Part shown: piece by piece, positions 41,976 to 55,994 of the stretch
Numbering within the stretch: position 1 is the first letter of the stretch
How the letters are laid out: each line of letters starts with the position of its first letter
Assembly: GCA_964016885.1 (NCBI GenBank)
Contig: OZ024764.1
Span: 18,724,001 to 18,788,000, forward strand
Reading direction: 5' to 3'
Source: Eledone cirrhosa
Taxonomy: Eukaryota
DNA: 64,000 nucleotides
Made by a program: the position numbers and the translations under genes
Notes under the pieces: model-generated
The model's database searches: none
Seen by the model: the letters and a program-made list of their open reading frames with translations, nothing else
Told to the model about the DNA's origin: nothing

Positions 41976-44900
41976 AAGTGGTCATGTATGTGACACAACA
42001 AAAATTACCCAATCCACACTTTAAAGTGGTCATGTAGGTGTCACAACAAAAAGTACCCAATCCACACTGTAAAGAGGTCATGTTGGTGTCACAACAAAAC
42101 GTACCCAGTCCACACTGTAAAGTGGTCATGTAGGTGTCACAACAAAAAGTACCCAGTCCACACTGTAAAGTGGTCATGTAGGTGTCACAACAAAAAGTAC
42201 CCAGTCCACACTGTAAGGTGGTCATGTAGGTGTCACAACAAAATATACCCAGTCCACACTGTAAAGTGGTCATGTAGGTGTCACAACAAAAAGTACCCAG
42301 TCCACACTGTAAAGTGGTCATGTAGGTGTCACAACAAAAAGTACCCAATCCACACTGTAAAGTGGTCATGTAGGTGTCACAACAAAAAGTACGCAGTCCA
42401 CCCTGTAAAGTGGTCATATATGTGTCACAACAAAAAGTACCCAGTCCACCCTGTAAAGTGGTCATGTATGTGTCACAACAAAAAGTACCCAGTCCACACT
42501 GTAAAGTGGTCATGTATGTGTCACAACAAAAAGTACCCAGTCCACACTGTAAAGTGGTCATGTATGTGTCACAACAAAAAGTACACAGTCCACACTGTAA
42601 TGTGGTCATGTATGTGTCACAACAAAAATTACCCAATCCACACTTTAAAGTGGTCATGTAGGTGTCACAACAAAACGTACCCAATCCACACTGTAAAGAG
42701 GTCATGTTGGTGTCACAACAAAACGTACCCAGTCCACACTGTAAAGTGGTCATGTAGGTGTCACAACAAAAAGTACCCAGTCCACACTGTAAAGTGGTCA
42801 TGTAGGTGTCACAACAAAAAGTACCCAGTCCACACTGTAAGGTGGTCATGTAGGTGTCACAACAAAATATACCCAGTCCACACTGTAAAGTGGTCATGTA
42901 GGTGTCACAACAAAAAGTACCCAGTCCACACTGTAAAGTGGTCATGTAGGTGTCACAACAAAAAGTACCCAATCCACACTGTAAAGTGGTCATGTAGGTG
43001 TCACAACAAAAAGTACGCAGTCCACCCTGTAAAGTGGTCATATATGTGTCACAACAAAAAGTACCCAGTCCACCCTGTAAAGTGGTCATGTATGTGTCAC
43101 AACAAAAAGTACCCAGTCCACACTGTAAAGTGGTCATGTATGTGTCACAACAAAAAGTACCCAGTCCACACTGTAAAGTGGTCATGTATGTGTCACAACA
43201 AAAAGTACACAGTCCACACTGTAATGTGGTCATGTATGTGTCACAACAAAAATTACCCAATCCACACTTTAAAGTGGTCATGTAGGTGTCACAACAAAAA
43301 GTACCCAATCCACACTGTAAAGAGGTCATGTTGGTGTCACAACAAAAAGTACCCAGTCCACACTGTAAAGTGGTCATGTAGGTGTCACAACAAAAAGTAC
43401 CCAGTCCACACTGTAAAGTGGTCATGTAGGTGTCACAACAAAAAGTACCCAGTCCACACTGTAAAGTGGTCATGTAGGTGTCACAACAAAAAGTACCCAG
43501 TCCACACTGTAAGGTGGTCATGTAGGTGTCACAACAAAATATACCCAGTCCACACTGTAAAGTGGTCATGTAGGTGTCACAACAAAAAGTACCCAGTCCA
43601 CACTGTAAAGTGGTCATGTAGGTGTCACAACAAAAAGTACCCAATCCACACTGTAAAGTGGTCATGTAGGTGTCACAACAAAAAGTACCCAGTCCACCCT
43701 GTAAAGTGGTCATATATGTGTCACAACAAAAAGTACCCAGTCCACCCTGTAAAGTGGTCATGTTTGTGTCACAACAAAAAGTACCCAGTCCACACTGTAA
43801 AGTGGTCATGTATGTGTCACAACAAAAAGTACCCAGTCCACACTGTAAAGTGGTCATATATGTGTCACAACAAAAAGTACCCAGTCCACACTGTAAAGTG
43901 GTCATGTAGGTGTCACAACAAAAAGTACCCAGTCCACACTGTAAAGTGGTCATGTAGGTGTCACAACAAAAAGTACCCAGTCCACACTGTAAAGTGGTCA
44001 TGTAGGTGTCACAACAAAATATACCCAGTCCACACTGTAAAGTGGTCATGTAGGTGTCACAACAAAAAGTACCCAGTCCATACTTTAAAGTGGTCATGTA
44101 GGTGTCACAACAAAAAGTACCCAGTCCACACTGTAATGTGGTCATGCAGGTTTCACACCAAAAAGTACCCAGTCCACACTGTAATGTGGTCATATAGGTG
44201 TCACAACAAAAAGTACCCAGTCCACACTGTAAAGTGGACATGTAGGTGTCATGACAAAAAGTACCCAGTCCACACTGTAAAGTGGTCATGTAGGTGTCAC
44301 AACAAAAAGTAACCAGTCCACACTGTAAAGTGGTCATGTAGGTGTCACAACAAAAAGTACCCAGTCCACACTGTAAAGTGGTCATGTAGGTGTCACAACA
44401 AAAAGTACCCAGTCCACACTGTAAAGTGGTCATGTAGGTGTCACAACAAAATATACCCAGTCCACACTGTAAAGTGGTCATGTAGGTGTCACAACAAAAA
44501 GTACCCAGTCCACACTGTAAAGTGGTCATGTAGGTGTCACAACAAAAAGTACCCAGTCCACACTGTAAAGTAGTCATGTAGGTGTCACAACAAAAAGTAC
44601 CCAGTCCACCCTGTAAAGTGGTCATATATGTGTCACAACAAAAAGTACCCAGTCCACCCTGTAAAGTGGTCATGTATGTGTCACAACAAAAAGTACCCAA
44701 TCCACACTGTAAAGTGGTCATGTAGGTGTCACAACAAAATATACCCAGTCCACACTGTAAAGTGGTCATGTAGGTGTCACAACAAAAAGTACCCAGTCCA
44801 CACTGTAAAGTGGTCATGTAGGTGTCACAACAAAAAGTACCCAGTCCACACTGTAAAGTGGTCCTGTAGGTGTCACAACAAAAAGTACCCAGTCCACCCT

Positions 44901-47900
44901 GTAAAGTGGTCATATATGTGTCACAACAAAAAGTACCCAGTCCACCCTGTAAAGTGGTCATGTATGTGTCACAACAAAAAGTACCCAGTCCACACTGTAA
45001 AGTGGTCATGTAGGTGTCACAACAAAAAGTACCCAGTCCACACTGTAAAGTGGTCAAGTAGGTGTCACAACAAAAAGTACCCAGTCCACACTGTAAAGTG
45101 GACATGTAGGTGTCATGACAAAAAGTACCCAGTCCACACTGTAAAGTGGTCATGTAGGTGTCACAACAAAAGTACCCAGTCCACACTGTAAAGTGGTCAT
45201 GTAGGTGTCACCACAAAAAGTACCCAGTCCACACTGTAAAGTGGTCACGTAGGTGTCACAACAAAAAGTACCCAGTCCACCCTGTAAAGTGGTCATATAG
45301 GTGTCACAACAAAAAGTACCCAGTCCACCCTGTAAAGTGGTCATGTATGTGTCACAACAAAAAGTACCCAGTCCACACTGTAAAGTGGTCATGTATGTGT
45401 CACAACAAAAAGTACCCAGTCCACACTTTAAAGTTGTCATGTAGGTGTCACAACAAAAAGTACCCAGTCCACACTGTAATGTGGTCATGCAGATTTCACA
45501 CCAAAAAGTACCCAGTCCACACTGTAATGTGGTCATATAGGTGTCACAACAAAAAGTACCCAGTCCACACTGTAAAGTGGTCATGTAGGTGTCACAACAA
45601 AAAGTACCCAGTCCACACTGTCAAGTGGTCATGTAGGTGTCACAACAAAAAGTACCTAGTCCACACTGTAAAGTGGTCATGTAGCTGTCACAACAAAAAG
45701 TACCCAGACCACACTGTAATGTGGTCATGCAGGTTTCACAACAAAAAGTACCCAGTCCACACTGTAATCTGGTCATATAGGTGTCACAACAAAAAGTACC
45801 CAGTCCACGCTGTAAAGTGGTCATGTAGGTGTCACAACAAAAAGTACCCAGTCCACACTGTAAAGTGGACATGTAGGTGTCATGACAAAAGGTACCCAGT
45901 CCACACTGTAAAGTGGTCATGTAGGTGTCAGAACAAAAAGTACACAGTCCACACTGTAAAGTGGTCATGTAGGTGTCACAACAAAAAGTACCCAGTCCAC
46001 ACTGTAAAGTGGTCATGTAGGTGTCACAACAAAAATTACCCAGTCCACACTGTAAAGTGATCATGTAGGTGTCACAACAAAATATACCCAGTCCACACTG
46101 TAAAGTGGTCATGTAGGTGTCACAACAAAAAGTACCCAGTCCACACTGTAAAGTGGTCATGTAGGTGTCACAACAAAAAGTACCCAGTCCACACTGTAAA
46201 GTGGTCATGTAGGTGTCACAACAAAAAGTACCCAGTCCACCCTGTAAAGTGGTCATATAGGTGTCACAACAAAAAGTACCCAGTCCACCCTGAAAATGGG
46301 TATTGTTTGTGTCACAACAAAAAGTACCCAGTCCACACTGTAAAGTGGTCATGTATGTGTCACAACAAAAATTACCCAATCCACACTTTAAAGTGGTCAT
46401 GTAGGTGTCACAACAAAAAGTACCCAATCCACACTGTAAAGAGGTCATGTTGGTGTCACAACAAAACGTACCCAGTCCACACTGTAAAGTGGTCATGTAG
46501 GTGTCACAACAAAAAGTACCCAGTCCACACTGTAAAGTGGTCATGTAGGTGTCACAACAAAAAGTACCCAGTCCACACTGTAAGGTGGTCATGTAGGTGT
46601 CACAACAAAATATACCCAGTCCACACTGTAAAGTGGTCATGTAGGTGTCACAACAAAAAGTACCCAGTCCACACTGTAAAGTGGTCATGTAGGTGTCACA
46701 ACAAAAAGTACCCAATCCACACTGTAAAGTGGTCATGTAGGTGTCACAACAAAAAGTACGCAGTCCACCCTGTAAAGTGGTCATATATGTGTCACAACAA
46801 AAAGTACCCAGTCCACCCTGTAAAGTGGTCATGTATGTGTCACAACAAAAAGTACCCAGTCCACACTGTAAAGTGGTCATGTATGTGTCACAACAAAAAG
46901 TACCCAGTCCACACTGTAAAGTGGTCATGTATGTGTCACAACAAAAAGTACACAGTCCACACTGTAATGTGGTCATGTATGTGTCACAACAAAAATTACC
47001 CAATCCACACTTTAAAGTGGTCATGTAGGTGTCACAACAAAACGTACCCAATCCACACTGTAAAGAGGTCATGTTGGTGTCACAACAAAACGTACCCAGT
47101 CCACACTGTAAAGTGGTCATGTAGGTGTCACAACAAAAAGTACCCAGTCCACACTGTAAAGTGGTCATGTAGGTGTCACAACAAAAAGTACCCAGTCCAC
47201 ACTGTAAGGTGGTCATGTAGGTGTCACAACAAAATATACCCAGTCCACACTGTAAAGTGGTCATGTAGGTGTCACAACAAAAAGTACCCAGTCCACACTG
47301 TAAAGTGGTCATGTAGGTGTCACAACAAAAAGTACCCAATCCACACTGTAAAGTGGTCATGTAGGTGTCACAACAAAAAGTACGCAGTCCACCCTGTAAA
47401 GTGGTCATATATGTGTCACAACAAAAAGTACCCAGTCCACCCTGTAAAGTGGTCATGTATGTGTCACAACAAAAAGTACCCAGTCCACACTGTAAAGTGG
47501 TCATGTATGTGTCACAACAAAAAGTACCCAGTCCACACTGTAAAGTGGTCATGTATGTGTCACAACAAAAAGTACACAGTCCACACTGTAATGTGGTCAT
47601 GTATGTGTCACAACAAAAATTACCCAATCCACACTTTAAAGTGGTCATGTAGGTGTCACAACAAAAAGTACCCAATCCACACTGTAAAGAGGTCATGTTG
47701 GTGTCACAACAAAAAGTACCCAGTCCACACTGTAAAGTGGTCATGTAGGTGTCACAACAAAAAGTACCCAGTCCACACTGTAAAGTGGTCATGTAGGTGT
47801 CACAACAAAAAGTACCCAGTCCACACTGTAAAGTGGTCATGTAGGTGTCACAACAAAAAGTACCCAGTCCACACTGTAAGGTGGTCATGTAGGTGTCACA

Positions 47901-50900
47901 ACAAAATATACCCAGTCCACACTGTAAAGTGGTCATGTAGGTGTCACAACAAAAAGTACCCAGTCCACACTGTAAAGTGGTCATGTAGGTGTCACAACAA
48001 AAAGTACCCAATCCACACTGTAAAGTGGTCATGTAGGTGTCACAACAAAAAGTACCCAGTCCACCCTGTAAAGTGGTCATATATGTGTCACAACAAAAAG
48101 TACCCAGTCCACCCTGTAAAGTGGTCATGTATGTGTCACAACAAAAAGTACCCAGTCCACACTGTAAAGTGGTCATGTATGTGTCACAACAAAAAGTACC
48201 CAGTCCACACTGTAAAGTGGTCATATATGTGTCACAACAAAAAGTACCCAGTCCACACTGTAAAGTGGTCATGTAGGTGTCACAACAAAAAGTACCCAGT
48301 CCACACTGTAAAGTGGTCATGTAGGTGTCACAACAAAAAGTACCCAGTCCACACTGTAAAGTGGTCATGTAGGTGTCACAACAAAATATACCCAGTCCAC
48401 ACTGTAAAGTGGTCATGTAGGTGTCACAACAAAAAGTACCCAGTCCATACTTTAAAGTGGTCATGTAGGTGTCACAACAAAAAGTACCCAGTCCACACTG
48501 TAATGTGGTCATGCAGGTTTCACACCAAAAAGTACCCAGTCCACACTGTAATGTGGTCATATAGGTGTCACAACAAAAAGTACCCAGTCCACACTGTAAA
48601 GTGGACATGTAGGTGTCATGACAAAAAGTACCCAGTCCACACTGTAAAGTGGTCATGTAGGTGTCACAACAAAAAGTAACCAGTCCACACTGTAAAGTGG
48701 TCATGTAGGTGTCACAACAAAAAGTACCCAGTCCACACTGTAAAGTGGTCATGTAGGTGTCACAACAAAAAGTACCCAGTCCACACTGTAAAGTGGTCAT
48801 GTAGGTGTCACAACAAAATATACCCAGTCCACACTGTAAAGTGGTCATGTAGGTGTCACAACAAAAAGTACCCAGTCCACACTGTAAAGTGGTCATGTAG
48901 GTGTCACAACAAAAAGTACCCAGTCCACACTGTAAAGTAGTCATGTAGGTGTCACAACAAAAAGTACCCAGTCCACCCTGTAAAGTGGTCATATATGTGT
49001 CACAACAAAAAGTACCCAGTCCACCCTGTAAAGTGGTCATGTATGTGTCACAACAAAAAGTACCCAATCCACACTGTAAAGTGGTCATGTAGGTGTCACA
49101 ACAAAATATACCCAGTCCACACTGTAAAGTGGTCATGTAGGTGTCACAACAAAAAGTACCCAGTCCACACTGTAAAGTGGTCATGTAGGTGTCACAACAA
49201 AAAGTACCCAGTCCACACTGTAAAGTGGTCCTGTAGGTGTCACAACAAAAAGTACCCAGTCCACCCTGTAAAGTGGTCATATATGTGTCACAACAAAAAG
49301 TACCCAGTCCACCCTGTAAAGTGGTCATGTATGTGTCACAACAAAAAGTACCCAGTCCACACTGTAAAGTGGTCATGTAGGTGTCACAACAAAAAGTACC
49401 CAGTCCACACTGTAAAGTGGTCAAGTAGGTGTCACAACAAAAAGTACCCAGTCCACACTGTAAAGTGGACATGTAGGTGTCATGACAAAAAGTACCCAGT
49501 CCACACTGTAAAGTGGTCATGTAGGTGTCACAACAAAAGTACCCAGTCCACACTGTAAAGTGGTCATGTAGGTGTCACCACAAAAAGTACCCAGTCCACA
49601 CTGTAAAGTGGTCACGTAGGTGTCACAACAAAAAGTACCCAGTCCACCCTGTAAAGTGGTCATATAGGTGTCACAACAAAAAGTACCCAGTCCACCCTGT
49701 AAAGTGGTCATGTATGTGTCACAACAAAAAGTACCCAGTCCACACTGTAAAGTGGTCATGTATGTGTCACAACAAAAAGTACCCAGTCCACACTTTAAAG
49801 TTGTCATGTAGGTGTCACAACAAAAAGTACCCAGTCCACACTGTAATGTGGTCATGCAGATTTCACACCAAAAAGTACCCAGTCCACACTGTAATGTGGT
49901 CATATAGGTGTCACAACAAAAAGTACCCAGTCCACACTGTAAAGTGGTCATGTAGGTGTCACAACAAAAAGTACCCAGTCCACACTGTCAAGTGGTCATG
50001 TAGGTGTCACAACAAAAAGTACCTAGTCCACACTGTAAAGTGGTCATGTAGCTGTCACAACAAAAAGTACCCAGACCACACTGTAATGTGGTCATGCAGG
50101 TTTCACAACAAAAAGTACCCAGTCCACACTGTAATCTGGTCATATAGGTGTCACAACAAAAAGTACCCAGTCCACGCTGTAAAGTGGTCATGTAGGTGTC
50201 ACAACAAAAAGTACCCAGTCCACACTGTAAAGTGGACATGTAGGTGTCATGACAAAAGGTACCCAGTCCACACTGTAAAGTGGTCATGTAGGTGTCAGAA
50301 CAAAAAGTACACAGTCCACACTGTAAAGTGGTCATGTAGGTGTCACAACAAAAAGTACCCAGTCCACACTGTAAAGTGGTCATGTAGGTGTCACAACAAA
50401 AATTACCCAGTCCACACTGTAAAGTGATCATGTAGGTGTCACAACAAAATATACCCAGTCCACACTGTAAAGTGGTCATGTAGGTGTCACAACAAAAAGT
50501 ACCCAGTCCACACTGTAAAGTGGTCATGTAGGTGTCACAACAAAAAGTACCCAGTCCACACTGTAAAGTGGTCATGTAGGTGTCACAACAAAAAGTACCC
50601 AGTCCACCCTGTAAAGTGGTCATATAGGTGTCACAACAAAAAGTACCCAGTCCACCCTGAAAATGGGTATTGTTTGTGTCACAACAAAAAGTACCCAGTC
50701 CACACTGTAAAGTGGTCATGTATGTGTCACAACAAAAATTACCCAATCCACACTTTAAAGTGGTCATGTAGGTGTCACAACAAAAAGTACCCAATCCACA
50801 ATGTAAAGAGGTCATGTTGGTGACACAACAAAACGTACCCAGTCCACACTGTAAAGTGGTCATGTAGGTGTCACAACAAAAAGTACCCAGTCCACACTGT

Positions 50901-51199
50901 AAAGTGGTCATGTAGGTGTCACAACAAAAAGTACCCAGTCCACACTGTAAAGTGGTCATGTAGGTGTCACAACAAAAAGTACCCATTCCACACTGTAAGG
51001 TGGTCATGTAGGTGTCACAAGAAAATATACCCAGTCCACACTGTAAAGTGGTCATGTAGGTGTCACAACAAAAAGTACCCAGTCCACACTGTAAAGTGGT
51101 CATATAGGTGTCACAACAAAAAGTACCCAATCCACACTGTAAAGTGGTCATGTAGGTGTCACAACAAAAAGTACGCAGTCCACCCTGTAAAGTGGTCAT
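40792..51199. repeat. ~91-mer higher-order repeat in copy B, about 2.4 copies
   Basis: Pseudo-ORFs at 40784, 45150 and 49517 are spaced 4,366 and 4,367. The block is paralogous to 13209-23616 at +27,583. Confidence 0.9.
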
Positions 51200-54100
51200 A
51201 TATGTGTCACAACAAAAAGTACCCAGTCCACCCTGTAAAGTGGTCATGTATGTGTCACAACAAAAAGTACCCTGTCCACACTGTAAAGTGGTCATGTATG
51301 TGTCACAACAAAAAGTACCCAGTCCACACTGTAAAGTGGTCATGTAGGGGTCACAACAAAAAGTACCCAGTCCACACTGTAAAGTGGTCATGTAGGTGTC
51401 ACAACAAAAAGTACCCAGTCCACACTGTAAAGTGGTCATGTAGGTGTCACAACAAAAAGTACCCAGTCCACACTGTAAAGTGGTCATGTAGGTGTAACAA
51501 CAAAATATACCCAGTCCACACTGTAAAGTGGTCATGTAGGTGTCACAACAAAAAGTACCCAGTCCACACTTTAAAGTGGTCATGTAGGTGTCACAACAAA
51601 AAGTACCCAGTCCACACTGTAATGTGGTCATGCAGGTTTCACACCAAAAAGTACCCAGTCCACACTGTAATGTGGTCATATGGGTGTCACAACAAAAAGT
51701 ACCCAGTCCACACTGTAAAGTGGACATGTAGGTGCCATGACAAAAAGTACCCAGTCCACACTGTAAAGTGGTCATGTAGGTGTCACAACAAAAAGTAACC
51801 AGTCCACACTGTAAAGTGGTCATGTAGGTGTCACAACAAAAAGTACCCAGTCCACACTGTAAAGTGGTCATGTAGGTGTCAGAACAAAAAGTACCCAGTC
51901 CACACTGTAAAGTGGTCATGTAAGTGTCACAACAAAATATACCCAGTCCACACTGTAAAGTGGTCATGTAGGTGTCACAACAAAAAGTACCCAGTCCACA
52001 CTGTAAAGTGGTCATGTAGGTGTCACAACAAAAAGTTCCCAGTCCACACTGTAAAGTAGTCATGTAGGTGTCACAACAAAAAGTACCCAGTCCACCCTGT
52101 AAAGTGGTCATGTATGTGTCACAACAAAAAGTACCCAGTCCACACTGTAAAGTGGTCATGTAGGTGTCACAACAAAAATACCCAGTCCACACTGTAAAGT
52201 GGTCATGTAGGTGTCACAACAAAAAGTACCCGGTCCACACTGTAAAGTGGTCATGTAGGTGTCACAACAAAAAGTACCCAGTCCACCCTGTAAAGTGGTC
52301 ATATAGGTGTCACAACAAAAAGTACCCAGTCCACCCTGTAAAGTGGTCATGTATGTGTCACAACAAAAAGTACCCAGTCCACACTGTAAAGTGGTCATGT
52401 ATGTGTCACAACAAAAAGTACCCAGTCCACACTTTAAAGTTGTCATGTAGGTGTCACAACAAAAAGTACCCAGTTCACACTGTAATGTGGTCATGCAGGT
52501 TTCACACCAAAAAGTACCCAGTCCACACTGTAATGTGGTCATATAGGTGTCACAACAAAAAGTACCCAGTCCACACTGTAAAGTGGTCATGTAGGTGTCA
52601 CAACAAAAAGTACCCAGTCCACACTGTCAAGTGGTCATGTAGGTGTCACAACAAAAAGTACCTAGTCCACACTGTAAAGTGGTCATGTAGCTGTCACAAC
52701 AAAAAGTACCCAGTCCACACTGTAATGTGGTCATGCAGGTTTCACAACAAAAAGTACCCAGTCCACACTGTAATGTGGTCATATAGGTGTCACAACAAAA
52801 AGTACCCAGTCCACACTGTAACGTGGTCATGTAGGTGTCACAACAAAAAGTACCCAGTCCACACTGTAAAGTGGACATGTAGGTGTCATGACAAAAAGTA
52901 CCCAGTCCACACTGTAAAGTGGTCATGTAGGTGTCACAACAAAAAGTACACAGTCCACACTGTAAAGTGGTCATGTAGGTGTCACAACAAAAAGTACCTA
53001 GTCCACACTGTAAAGTGGTCATGTAGGTGTCACAACAAAAAGTACCCAGTCCACACTGTAAAGTGGTCATGTAGGTGTCACAACAAAATATACCCAGTCC
53101 ACACTGTAAAGTGGTCCTGTAGGTGTCACAACAAAAAGTACCCAGTCCACACTGTAAAGTGGTCATGTAGGTGTCACAACAAAAAGTACCCAGTCCACAC
53201 TGTAAAGTGGTCATGTAGGTGTCACAACAAAAAGTACCCAGTCCACCCTGTAAAGTGGTCATATAGGTGTCACAACAAAAAGTACCCAGTCCACCCTGAA
53301 AATGGGTATTGTTTGTGTCACAACAAAAAGTACCCAGTCCACACTGTAAAGTGGTCATGTAGGTGTCACAACAAAAAGTACCCAGTCCACACTGTAATGT
53401 GGTCATGTAGGTGTCCCAACAAAAAGTACCCAGTCCACCCTGTAAAGTGGTCATGTAGGTGTCACGACAAAAAGTACCCAGTCCACACTGTATAGTGGTC
53501 ATGTAGGTGTCACAACAAAAAGTACCCAATCCACACTGTAAAGAGGTCATGTTGGTGTCACAACAAAAAGTACCCAGTCCACACTGTAAAGTGGTCATGT
53601 AGGTGTCACAACAAAAAGTACCCAGTCCACACTGTAAAGTGGTCATGTAGGTGTCACAACAAAAAGTACCCAGTCCACACTGTAAAGTGGTCATGTAGGT
53701 GTCACAACAAAAAGTACCCAGTCCACACTGTAAAGTGGTCATGTAGGTGTCACAACAAAATATACCCAGTCCACACTGTAAAGTGGTCATGTAGGTGTCA
53801 CAACAAAAAGTACCCAGTCCACACTGTAAAGTGGTCATGTAGGTGTCACAACAAAAAGTACCCAATCCACACTGTAAAGTGGTCATGTAGGTGTCACAAC
53901 AAAAAGTACCCAGTCCACCCTGTAAAGTGGTCATATATGTGTCACAACAAAAAGTACCCAGTCCACCCTGTAAAGTGGTCATGTATGTGTCACAACAAAA
54001 AGTACCCAGTCCACACTGTAAAGTGGTCATGTATGTGTCACAACAAAAAGTACCCAGTCCACACTGTAAAGTGGTCATGTAGGTGTCACAACAAAAAGTA

Positions 54101-55990
54101 ACCAGTCCACACTGTAAAGTGGTCATGTAGGTGTCACAACAAAAAGTACCCAGTCCACACTGTAAAGTGGTCATGTAGGTGTCACAACAAAAAGTACCCA
54201 GTCCACACTGTAAAGTGGTCATGTAGGTGTCACAACAAAAAGTACCCAGTCCACCCTGTAAAGTGGTCATATAGGTGTCACAACAAAAAGTACCCAGTCC
54301 ACCCTGTAAAGTGGTCATGTATGTGTCACAACAAAAAGTACCCAGTCCACACTGTAAAGTGGTCATGTATGTGTCACAACAAAAATTACCCAGTCCACAC
54401 TTTAAAGTTGTCATGTAGGTGTCACAACAAAAAGTACCCAGTTCACACTGTAATGTGGTCATGCAGGTTTCACACCAAAAAGTACCCAGTCCACACTGTA
54501 ATGTGGTCATATAGGTGTCACAACAAAAAGTACCCAGTCCACACTGTAAAGTGGTCATGTAGGTGTCACAACAAAAAGTACCCAGTCCACACTGTCAAGT
54601 GGTCATGTAGGTGTCACAACAAAAAGTACCTAGTCCACACTGTAAAGTGGTCATGTAGCTGTCACAACAAAAAGTACCCAGTCCACACTGTAATGTGGTC
54701 ATGCAGGTTTCACAACAAAAAGTACCCAGTCCACACTGTAATGTGGTCATATAGGTGTCACAACAAAAAGTACCCAGTCCACACTGTAACGTGGTCATGT
54801 AGGTGTCACAACAAAAAGTACCCAGTCCACACTGTAAAGTGGACATGTAGGTGTCATGACAAAAAGTACCCAGTCCACACTGTAAAGTGGTCATGTAGGT
54901 GTCACAACAAAAAGTACACAGTCCACACTGTAAAGTGGTCATGTAGGTGTCACAACAAAAAGTACCTAGTCCACACTGTAAAGTGGTCATGTAGGTGTCA
55001 CAACAAAAAGTACCCAGTCCACACTGTAAAGTGGTCATGTAGGTGTCACAACAAAATATACCCAGTCCACACTGTAAAGTGGTCATGTAGGTGTCACAAC
55101 AAAAAGTACCCAGTCCACACTGTAAAGTGGTCATGTAGGTGTCACAACAAAAAGTACCCAGTCCACCCTGTAAACTGGTCATATAGGTGTCACAACAAAA
55201 AGTACCCAGTCCACCCTGAAAATGGGTATTGTTTGTGTCACAACAAAAAGTACCCAGTCCACACTGTAAAGTGGTCATGTAGGTGTCACAACAAAATATA
55301 CCCAGTCCACACTGTAAAGTGGTCATGTAGGTGTCACAACAAAAAGTACCCAGTCCACACTGTAAAGTGGTCATGTAGGTGTCACAACAAAAAGTACCCA
55401 ATCCACACTGTAAAGTGGTCATGTAGGTGTCACAACAAAAAGTACCCAGTCCACCCTGTAAAGTGGTCATATATGTGTCACAACAAAAAGTACCCAGTCC
55501 ACACTGTAAAGTGGTCATGTAGGTGTCACAACAAAAAGTACACAGTCCACACTGTAAAGTGGTCATGTATGTGTCACAACAAAAAGTACCCAGTCCACAC
55601 TGTAAAGTGGTCATGTAGGTGTCACAACAAAAAGTACCCAGTCCACACTGTAAAGTGGTCATGTAGGTGTCACAACAAAAAGTACCCAGTCCACACTGTA
55701 AAGTGGTCATGTAGGTGTCACAACAAAAAGTACCCAGTCCACCCTGTAAAGTGGTCATATATGTGTCACAACAAAAAGTACCCAGTCCACCCTGTAAAGT
55801 GGTCATGTATGTGTCACAACAAAAAGTACCCAGTCCACACTGTAAAGTGGTCATGTAGGTGTCACAACAAAAAGTACCCAGTCCACACTGTAAAGTGGTC
55901 AAGTAGGTGTCACAACAAAAAGTACCCAGTCCACACTGTAAAGTGGACATGTAGGTGTCATGACAAAAAGTACCCAGTCCACACTGTAAA
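51200..55990. repeat. Heterogeneous satellite layer containing a partial 41-mer (1,968 bp) duplication
   Basis: Many rare or singleton variants (51682, 51735, 51923, 52037, 52232, 53416, 53466, 53493, 55175). The variant run ending in GTCAAG/CCTAG recurs at 52627 and 54595 (1,968 = 41x48). Confidence 0.75.
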
Positions 55991-55994
55991 GTGG

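Larger units (their letters stand above)
23617..51199. repeat. Large segmental tandem duplication, copy B
   Basis: 25661-51199 is colinear with 1-23616 apart from copy-specific internal duplications and isolated SNVs (25866, 28935, 41993, 43764). Including 23617-25660 in this copy is an inference from the chimeric monomer at 23591-23625. Confidence 0.85.

Noticed and set aside
25661-51199. The large duplication as a pure assembly artefact
   Set aside because: The copies differ by private SNVs (206/25866, 3275/28935, 41993, 43764), a monomer indel and different internal duplications, which favours real paralogs. Read-level confirmation is still needed, because merged haplotypes cannot be excluded.
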